Assembly (NCBI RefSeq): GCF_013365455.1
Contig: NZ_CP046578.1
Location: 120,001-152,000 of the forward strand
Length of the DNA stretch: 32,000 nucleotides
Source: Wolbachia endosymbiont of Dirofilaria (Dirofilaria) immitis
GTDB taxonomy: Bacteria; Pseudomonadota; Alphaproteobacteria; Rickettsiales; Anaplasmataceae
Direction of reading: 5' to 3'
The stretch's first letter is position 1, and every line of letters starts with the position of its first letter. This document shows positions 9,996-17,636 of this stretch, one piece after another. Position numbers and translations under genes: made by a program. The notes under the pieces are model-generated. The model ran no database searches. It saw nothing but the letters and a program-made list of their open reading frames with translations, and was not told where the DNA came from.

Positions 9996-10544
9996 TTAAG
10001 TTGATAAAGAAAGAAAAATTATTTTAGCTATTCCATAAGTACGTTCTAAGATTATATTAAAATTTGTACTACATTTAAAATCTTCGTTTTTCCTGATTTC
10101 TAGAATTATCAATGTATCATCACCTATCCAATCTGAGTTGATTAACCCATCTAAAGTTGAGTGAACTAGATTACTATTGTAAGGTGGGCCTATAAAAACT
10201 ATGTCGCATTGTGAAATAGTTTTCGGTAACCGGTTAGCACTGCAACAAATTAGTGTAATATTATCTGTAGTACCAAAGTCTTTAGCTGTTTTTTTGGGTA
10301 ATTGCAAATTATAATAGTCTGAATCTACCATAAATGCATGCTTGGCGCCTCGAGAAAGTGCTTCAAATGAAAAAGCACCGCTTCCGCAGAATAAGTCAAG
10401 CACATTTAAATTATAAATAGGCTTTTTTGAAGAAAGTATGTTAAATATTGCTTCTCGAACAACGCTCATAGTTGGTCGTACGGCTAAATACTTGCCTGTA
10501 GCTATTTTTCTTCCACGATACTTTCCTGCAATAACACGCAGCAT
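9996..10544 (-). CDS. rsmD: 16S rRNA (guanine966-N2)-methyltransferase RsmD
   Basis: RVIAGKYRGRKI..RPTMSVVREAIFNIL, the SAM motif LDLFCGSGAFSFEALSRGA, and motif IV VFIGPPY, which is GPPY rather than the usual DPPY/F. Confidence 0.85.
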   Translation of the reverse strand: MLRVIAGKYRGRKIATGKYLAVRPTMSVVREAIFNILSSKKPIYNLNVLDLFCGSGAFSFEALSRGAKHAFMVDSDYYNLQLPKKTAKDFGTTDNITLICCSANRLPKTISQCDIVFIGPPYNSNLVHSTLDGLINSDWIGDDTLIILEIRKNEDFKCSTNFNIILERTYGIAKIIFLSLST

Positions 10545-10568
10545 ACTAAAAGAGCTTTAAAATGACTA

Positions 10569-10597
10569 ATTATTTAACAATGCATAATTAATGTCAA
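10569..10597 (-). promoter_or_regulatory. Putative sigma-70-like promoter for rsmD (TTGACA-N17-AATAAT)
   Basis: Read on the minus strand, TTGACA is the complement of 10592-10597, followed by a 17-nt spacer and AATAAT (complement of 10569-10574). The -10 element ends about 24 nt upstream of the rsmD ATG at 10544. It sits just downstream of the T4SS operon. Confidence 0.3.
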
Positions 10598-10648
10598 TAT
10601 GGCTTTGATAATTTGACTAGAGAAGAAAGTTATAGGTATAAGATCAAT

Positions 10649-11287
10649 TTAATTACTTTTCTTTGGTTTATTTGGTATATCTATTACTGTATAGCTGGTC
10701 TCATCTTGTAAGCTATTGTAGTCGTTTGTTTCATCATGAGTTAGTCCTTTGATTCTGCTTTCTAACTCTAGCTTAATTAAAGTATTGATTTTATCTACGT
10801 TATCGAGAAAGCTTTTACATTCTTCATCACTATACTCTTTACCAGACGCTTTTTTTTCAATAAAGAGTTTCTTAAGCTCTGCTAGATTAGGATTATAGTT
10901 AGGATTTAGCACAACATTTCTTTCTATGAAACTAAGATCTGATAGTAATAAACTGACTTCGAGTAAATCTTTGCTTTTAATGTTTGTAAGGTCATTAAGA
11001 TTGTCCAAAATATTAAACACTTTAAGCTCTTCTTGTGCGACTTTTTGATCTTCGCTATCAAATTCAGACAGTAACTCTCTATTATTTATAAGTTTCTTGC
11101 TAAGAGCTTTATTGATCTTTGAAAGATTAATATCATTCTGCTTGATATTGTTATCTAGTAATAAGTCTACTCTTGCCTTGCGGGCATTTAAAATGTCATT
11201 GTAATCATTTAATTTTATGTTACCATTTTTATCTTGGTGTAATTTATAATAATTAAAGCCTTTGAAATTTTTTTTACTAATCTTCAT
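10649..11287 (-). CDS. Uncharacterised soluble, acidic, Asn/Asp/Lys/Leu-rich protein, last gene of the virB3-virB6 operon
   Basis: 212-aa ORF. Its ATG is embedded in the last codons of virB6-4 (ATGAAGATTAG, an 11-nt overlap). It has no signal peptide or TM segment, looks mostly helical, and ends in the basic tail NKPKKSN. I recognise no family. Confidence 0.6.
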   Translation of the reverse strand: MKISKKNFKGFNYYKLHQDKNGNIKLNDYNDILNARKARVDLLLDNNIKQNDINLSKINKALSKKLINNRELLSEFDSEDQKVAQEELKVFNILDNLNDLTNIKSKDLLEVSLLLSDLSFIERNVVLNPNYNPNLAELKKLFIEKKASGKEYSDEECKSFLDNVDKINTLIKLELESRIKGLTHDETNDYNSLQDETSYTVIDIPNKPKKSN

Positions 11288-14200
11288 TAGTGTCTTTATC
11301 TCTTTCTATTGAACTATCAGATGAACTTCTAATAGGTTCATTTTCTGGTTCGCTGGTATGGCTGTTGTCACCTTCTTTATCTCTATATCTTTCTGGCTTT
11401 CTTTTGTGTCCTATGGTGTAATCATGGAGTTTTTCCAGAAACTCTCGCCTATGAGATTTTGTCCTATAGAGTAGATTATGGTTATAGTTACGCTTTCCTA
11501 TAGAATCAACGTTATGTTTCCAAGTAAACTTTATAGCATCTTCTATTGTATAGCCCAGATGTAATCCAGCGTATCCTTTATAATAGTCTAAATATCTACC
11601 AATTCTTCTATGTAGAATATCTTCTTTGTCAACTCCAAATGCTTTGTAAATTTTTTCTTCGAGTTTATCAACACTATTCTCAGGAGATGTTGCAAATTTT
11701 GTTACTTCAATAGTAGCTCTTGCAAGTTTACGTGGCATATCAACAGCATGTTTTAGCACACCTCCGACTCTTGGTACTCTATCAAGTAAATTAGCTGCAC
11801 CTCTAGCTGATTTATTTGGTAAATGTATGACCCAACTTCCTAAAGACTCTAATCTTCTACCAGCAAAATTTTGCCACTGTTGTTTGAGTCCTTCTATTGT
11901 GCTCGCCAAAGGTGATGCTGAATATATATTAGATATAGCATAAACGCTAAACCCACCACTGGCAATGCTTGAGCCTGTCTGCTGTACAAACTCACGCAGG
12001 GAGAACATTAAAAATGAAAGCAGGAATAATACAAAGATTTCTCTTACTTCGATTAAATGACCTTTTTGTATGTTCTTTACCCTTTGGTAATCACTATTTT
12101 CTTGATAATTTTTACAATTCTCGCAACCTTTGCATTTCTGACAGTATTTACTGCTAGGATCCCTATATAGCTCATGAAGTTTCAATATTCTGCAACCTCG
12201 ATTTTCAACTATACCCTGTAGTAAAGACTTTATTTCGCTTTTTAAATTTGGTTGAATGATGCCCTTTCTATAATCTTCTATTATTTTTTTATAATCTTTA
12301 CACTTTTCTTTATATTGTTGAGATTGACAGTAGCGCTCTGTGATTTCATTATCTATATTACCTATCTTTTTTTCTATGTTTTTGATTAACAATAGAATAT
12401 CATTCTTTTCTGATGTATGAGATAAGCTATTTGCTAAACGTACTAGATCTCTTACACTGCAGTTTTTATCAACTATTATATCACTTTCCGCGATGTAATG
12501 GTCTGCTGGATTATCTTTAGTACCTGGAACTGGATTGAGGAAAGGGTAATCTATATAACGGAAGCCTTCTTTGATGTAATCTGGTGGAAGAGGAATATAA
12601 CCGGCACCGCCAGTAAATTTTATTGTACCACCTGCTCTACTTAATTTTTCTATATCTTCTATATTTTTATCTACTTTCAGCGAAGCAGCTTCTCCGAGAG
12701 AGTAAGGTACGAAAATTTGTCCTGGAGTCCAACTAAAGTATTGCTTATCGACTATGCAAAAACCTCCGGGCATCCATCTTGGAACACATAGTTTTACTTC
12801 AAGCCACTTATTGTAACATACAGTGAAACCTAGCTGTCTATAAAAGGTATTCATTATAATTGAGGCTAGCAATGACAATATGGTAAATGTCATGATTGAT
12901 TGTAGACAGAAACTGATGCAGAATTTTATCCAACCTTCGAATAAATTTTTTAGTGGTGAAAATAGAATGGAAATTAAAAACAGTGGCATTATCGCTATAA
13001 GAAAAGCTATGCCCACAAAACCAAAAAGGAATATTATGTAAGCATATACACACAGTAGAAAATATAAAATGATTCCTATAAAGATTGCTGGTATTATAAT
13101 GATGCTCATCCACATTTGATAATGGAGAAACGCTGCAAACTTTTTCCAAACGGAGTAAGCAAAAAATTTGTTGAACATGTCCTCCATGAAGCTAAATAGC
13201 TTGACGTGAGTTTCATCTCCTTGAGTGACACTTCCAGTGTTCATGTTTGGAGCAAAATTAGTAATTATACTTATTAACTGTTCAAGGCCTTTGACAAATA
13301 AGATGAGAAAATGGTCATAGAAAAAACTAAAACTGCCAGGAGATATAAGCACTATTACTAGAGTAATTTTTATTATTCTGATGAGAATATCATGCTTAGT
13401 TTCTTGTATCATGCCAAAAAGATAAAAAAGTGATGAAATTACTATAAATAGCAGAAGTAGGGAAAGAACAAAATTATGAAAGCTTGTACTTTTTTCAGCT
13501 ATATTCTGAAATATAGCTTGTGCAGCTGTGGGACCGTTACTGTCAAAATGCTTTTTGCAATTTTCATTGATCAATAATGTGCATTTTAGATAGTTATAAA
13601 TGTAATCAAAAAATTCAACGGCACCTGTTTTTTGTACTCCGCTCAAAAATTCAAAAGAGTAACCGCCTGCGTTATTTAAATAATAACTATCTAATATTTT
13701 TACATATATTTTCCACCCTTTTTTTAACTCTAGCATATTACAATTTCTGTCCTTTAATTTAGTTGCATCCTCTTTTTTTAAAGTAAAAAGTCCGCTTCCG
13801 TCTTCTGATACGGAGTTATAACCTAGATGTATAGTCGGAGATTGGGGATTGCGCATTAACTCTAGGTTTTCATTTGGATTTGGATCTATAAATTCTTTCT
13901 TGCCACCGGCGTTTGTATTAGATCTTCTAAATAGAAGGTAAGCGCCATAACCGTTAGTAAACCAACATGGAACACTATGTAGTGCTGTATTGCTGTTATT
14001 ATCCTCATTAATGCACTTACAATTCACAGTACAACTTGTATGAGGATTGCTTGAAAATTTTTGTACGCTAGATTTATAGTTATTACAAGCTAAATAAAAG
14101 TCAGGTAAGTTATTGTCGCCTTGTTCGCCTTCGGATTTGGTTGTATATTTCAGCTGCTCTAATTTTTGTAAGCTGTAATTACCTTTAGATTCTTTCTTAT

Positions 14201-14534
14201 TGTTATTGCTCCAAGATATCCATGCACCATTAACTCGTATTACTAAATCATCTCCGTTGGTTTCAAGTCCAGTATCTTTCCATTTTACTACTTGGTTAGG
14301 ATGAAAGCTATTATTAAATTCTCCAGTATCGTGATCAATAACTTCTCCATCTTCTGGAATAAAAGCATCATGATCATCTGAAAAGTGGGCGTTTACCGTA
14401 ATAGGTTCAGGGCCAAAATAGTCAGCAGATATGCACCTTGGGAAGGGCATGTCGTTCTTATCACAACCTGTTATTAGGATATAAGCTACAAGAAGTAGTG
14501 ACCTAAAACAAAATTTGCTTAAGCGTAATTGCAT
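11277..14534 (-). CDS. virB6: VirB6/TrbL-family T4SS inner-membrane channel protein, paralog 4 (extended)
   Basis: 1085 aa with lipobox LITG|C (Cys24), an N-terminal domain of about 340 aa, and a polytopic TM core. It carries the paralog-shared motif LFEGWIKFCISFCLQ. A 264-aa hydrophilic Cys-rich insertion precedes the last TM helix, and the protein ends in a 239-aa hydrophilic tail. Confidence 0.85.
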   Translation of the reverse strand: MQLRLSKFCFRSLLLVAYILITGCDKNDMPFPRCISADYFGPEPITVNAHFSDDHDAFIPEDGEVIDHDTGEFNNSFHPNQVVKWKDTGLETNGDDLVIRVNGAWISWSNNNKKESKGNYSLQKLEQLKYTTKSEGEQGDNNLPDFYLACNNYKSSVQKFSSNPHTSCTVNCKCINEDNNSNTALHSVPCWFTNGYGAYLLFRRSNTNAGGKKEFIDPNPNENLELMRNPQSPTIHLGYNSVSEDGSGLFTLKKEDATKLKDRNCNMLELKKGWKIYVKILDSYYLNNAGGYSFEFLSGVQKTGAVEFFDYIYNYLKCTLLINENCKKHFDSNGPTAAQAIFQNIAEKSTSFHNFVLSLLLLFIVISSLFYLFGMIQETKHDILIRIIKITLVIVLISPGSFSFFYDHFLILFVKGLEQLISIITNFAPNMNTGSVTQGDETHVKLFSFMEDMFNKFFAYSVWKKFAAFLHYQMWMSIIIIPAIFIGIILYFLLCVYAYIIFLFGFVGIAFLIAIMPLFLISILFSPLKNLFEGWIKFCISFCLQSIMTFTILSLLASIIMNTFYRQLGFTVCYNKWLEVKLCVPRWMPGGFCIVDKQYFSWTPGQIFVPYSLGEAASLKVDKNIEDIEKLSRAGGTIKFTGGAGYIPLPPDYIKEGFRYIDYPFLNPVPGTKDNPADHYIAESDIIVDKNCSVRDLVRLANSLSHTSEKNDILLLIKNIEKKIGNIDNEITERYCQSQQYKEKCKDYKKIIEDYRKGIIQPNLKSEIKSLLQGIVENRGCRILKLHELYRDPSSKYCQKCKGCENCKNYQENSDYQRVKNIQKGHLIEVREIFVLFLLSFLMFSLREFVQQTGSSIASGGFSVYAISNIYSASPLASTIEGLKQQWQNFAGRRLESLGSWVIHLPNKSARGAANLLDRVPRVGGVLKHAVDMPRKLARATIEVTKFATSPENSVDKLEEKIYKAFGVDKEDILHRRIGRYLDYYKGYAGLHLGYTIEDAIKFTWKHNVDSIGKRNYNHNLLYRTKSHRREFLEKLHDYTIGHKRKPERYRDKEGDNSHTSEPENEPIRSSSDSSIERDKDTNED

Positions 14535-14687
14535 ATCTGATTTTTCTTTCTAAATATAGAAATAAACTTTACTTAAAACATCTTTTCAGTTTGTTACTCT
14601 ATAACAATTATACTTCTCCTTCTTAGTCTTTTCTTACTGTTGTGTTTAGACCACTGAGCATCATCTCTTTCTTATTTTTTAGTATTT

Positions 14688-17636
14688 TTATTCTTTTCTC
14701 ATTGGTGTATTTGATCGTCTATTCTTGTATGTAGGTTGTAATACGTATTGTTCGGACTTAAACTCAATTTCTGGTCGATCTTTACCTATTTTTTGCTTGA
14801 TTTCCTGTATTATGTTCCGAGTCTTATCGTCGAGTCCAATAGTTGACAGTATAGATTGTGATACACTACTAGTGGCTGTACTGATGCTACCTACTATTCC
14901 CCAGCCAGCACCGAATATTGCTTGTGCTATAGTTTCTGATGCAGAGACAAAAACTTTCATTGCACCAGCAACAATGAGATATATAAACGCTTGTATTAGG
15001 TCTATAGGTAGTGCTGCAAAGTATCCACCAGTTCTTTCTCCAATGCTGAGTGCAACGTCAACACTAGTGTTGGGACTATACCCAATGGGTAGTATCGATT
15101 TCATAATGCAAAGATCATACGATAAGAAATTTATGCTAATTAAGCATTGATAGCACGCAGAAAAGTTTGTGAGGTTATATAAAACTGAATACAGGAGTTG
15201 ATTCAAGATAGATAAAGACGAAAATAAAATGACTGGCTGTATTGCAACATGGGCCAATGTTTTTATCCAGTTCTCAAATAGAGATTTAGTCTGTTGAAAT
15301 AAAATAAATACGATAAATAAAGGCGTTAATGACAGCAAAAACGCTACTAGAGAAGTAGATATTACATATCTAAATGTAGCGCTGATAATGCATTTTAAGG
15401 ATACAAGACTAGCGTAAAGTATTATCAGAAAAGCGATAAAGCCAAAAGGACCAGCAAGTATTAACGATAAAAACTTTAACCAAGTTTCTCCTGTGAGTAA
15501 TACTCCTGTTGTTAAGTCTAAGAATGCAAATTTTTTACCCCCTTCTCCTATATAGCCAGAAAAACTGTCAACTAAATAAGTACTACCGTCTACAAAAAAC
15601 TTGGATAAAGTTGTACCAAAAAGTTCCCAGCTCCTATCACTAAAGGCAAAAGCTATGAATGCTATCTTCATCATCCTTATAATAAAGTCAAATTTACTTA
15701 GCTGTGTTGTTCCAAGTATGTAACCAATAATGGTAAATATAACATATAGAATAAGTAAGGCTTTCACTCCTTGAAAAAGACCTTTTGCATATCTTTCATA
15801 TGAATTTTTAATGTTGTCTCCGATTACTTCTCCTTTTATAAAATTAAGTACCTTATTTATACTTGATGAAATAAAATTGTTGATCTTCCTTTTGACAAAC
15901 AAGGTCACACTATATTTGTTATTTTCATAATATTTGCCATTTTTATCCATTATGTCACTCCTCTCTACATTTCTTACGTCAATACCGAAATAGATTTTTT
16001 TAGGTTCATTATTTTCTAAATAACTTCCATTTATTTCATAATATTCTATATTATTCTCTATTGAAGTTAATTCTACTACCTCCTTGAAGCTATCATTATT
16101 TGTAGTGGGTATATTTTCTGGTAAGCTATCACCTAGATAAATGTACAGTTTTTTACCACCAGTATATTCGCACGACCTGGTAGCTTTAACATAGTAACCT
16201 CCCCTATTAAGGTAATAATGACCATAATCTGCAATAGCGAGCATCACACTACTACCTGGTTTTACATTATCATTTACTGGATAGTCATAATTTAGTTTTA
16301 GAGAAAAGTTCTCGAAATTATTACTAATTTGTGAGCATATATTATTTTCTTCTGCTCCTTTTTTTTCTGGAAGACACTGAGTGCCTTGAGCAGTATCCTT
16401 CATATCACTACGCTTGTTTTCAGGAGTGCTTGTATCGCCTGAATCACTTATTTTTGCAATAAGAGCTTCAGCCCAAGAGATATCTTTAGCGTCCAGTGTA
16501 AAGTTAATAATGTCAGTCTGCTTAAAATTCTCCCTGTTTTTAGCCTCATCAAGCTTATCTTCAACGCTTTTTAGATTAGAATATATATCACATTGATTAT
16601 TTTTGTGATATTTTTGATACCTTACAGAGGAGACACAATTTCTATGTCCCTTTTTGTGCAAACTTGCATTAAATATACCCTCTTTAGTATAACATATGTT
16701 CTGGTAGTAACAGTTGAGGTTATAAGAGCTATATTTTTTTATCTTATCAAGATCACAATCTTCTCCTATACACGATTGATTTGATCCCATTTTAGTAAAG
16801 TTATAGTTTTTCACTTTATTAAAGTCACAGTCTTTCCTATTACATAACTTATCTAATTCTATTTTAGTCCGTCGTAAGTCTAGCAATGCACCATTTATCC
16901 ATGGACTTTCGTCTTGGATATAATCTCTATTAAAATGTACCTTATTATCATATGGGGTATAACCATTGCTAACTAGTACTGTTCTTTTTTTAAGGCTTTC
17001 TTTACTGAGCTGCGGAAATTTTATCTCGTTTCTACTATTGTTATCGTCTCCACAGAAAAACGTTCCTCCACTAAGCATGTCTTGTATCATAGCTTTTTTA
17101 TCTCCTTTTCTAGTTTTATAGCAATTATCATCAAAACTGATATCTTTTCCTCCTAGGTTATTGTAGTTAATCGTTATTTCTCTAGGAACTAAGCTGAAAC
17201 TTAACTTATCACCAGGATTAACTTTAATCCCAGTATCGACATAACGCCTCTTGCTATAGGATTGACTGTTCCCAAAACCTACGTTCTTACACACTTCTTG
17301 TTCGTCAAGACCAGAATTATTACTTGGTTCACTACTATAATTTGGTGTTGCATCGTCAGCGCAAAATACAGCAGGTACAAGTACTTTTTTTTGATTTTTA
17401 TCTTCTTTAAGAGGACAAAAATTTACTGATCCATCAAGAGTGAATTTTATTTTTTCACCTTGAGTAATTACTTGACCGGAATCAATCCAATGAATCTTAA
17501 TCCTTTCGTTAGCTTTGTGGACTGGAACATCTATATTAACAATAGTGTTTCTATTTTGTAGCCCAGATTCAACGCAATCTATATTACAGCCAGTGATTAC
17601 AAAATATAATGTCAATAACAGTGATCTTTTACTCAT
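14688..17636 (-). CDS. virB6: VirB6/TrbL-family T4SS protein, paralog 3
   Basis: 982 aa with lipobox VITG|C (Cys17), a Cys-rich N-terminal domain of about 620 aa, and a polytopic TM core with LFENWIKTLAHVAIQPVILF. The start overlaps the paralog-2 stop (ATGA). Confidence 0.85.
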   Translation of the reverse strand: MSKRSLLLTLYFVITGCNIDCVESGLQNRNTIVNIDVPVHKANERIKIHWIDSGQVITQGEKIKFTLDGSVNFCPLKEDKNQKKVLVPAVFCADDATPNYSSEPSNNSGLDEQEVCKNVGFGNSQSYSKRRYVDTGIKVNPGDKLSFSLVPREITINYNNLGGKDISFDDNCYKTRKGDKKAMIQDMLSGGTFFCGDDNNSRNEIKFPQLSKESLKKRTVLVSNGYTPYDNKVHFNRDYIQDESPWINGALLDLRRTKIELDKLCNRKDCDFNKVKNYNFTKMGSNQSCIGEDCDLDKIKKYSSYNLNCYYQNICYTKEGIFNASLHKKGHRNCVSSVRYQKYHKNNQCDIYSNLKSVEDKLDEAKNRENFKQTDIINFTLDAKDISWAEALIAKISDSGDTSTPENKRSDMKDTAQGTQCLPEKKGAEENNICSQISNNFENFSLKLNYDYPVNDNVKPGSSVMLAIADYGHYYLNRGGYYVKATRSCEYTGGKKLYIYLGDSLPENIPTTNNDSFKEVVELTSIENNIEYYEINGSYLENNEPKKIYFGIDVRNVERSDIMDKNGKYYENNKYSVTLFVKRKINNFISSSINKVLNFIKGEVIGDNIKNSYERYAKGLFQGVKALLILYVIFTIIGYILGTTQLSKFDFIIRMMKIAFIAFAFSDRSWELFGTTLSKFFVDGSTYLVDSFSGYIGEGGKKFAFLDLTTGVLLTGETWLKFLSLILAGPFGFIAFLIILYASLVSLKCIISATFRYVISTSLVAFLLSLTPLFIVFILFQQTKSLFENWIKTLAHVAIQPVILFSSLSILNQLLYSVLYNLTNFSACYQCLISINFLSYDLCIMKSILPIGYSPNTSVDVALSIGERTGGYFAALPIDLIQAFIYLIVAGAMKVFVSASETIAQAIFGAGWGIVGSISTATSSVSQSILSTIGLDDKTRNIIQEIKQKIGKDRPEIEFKSEQYVLQPTYKNRRSNTPMRKE

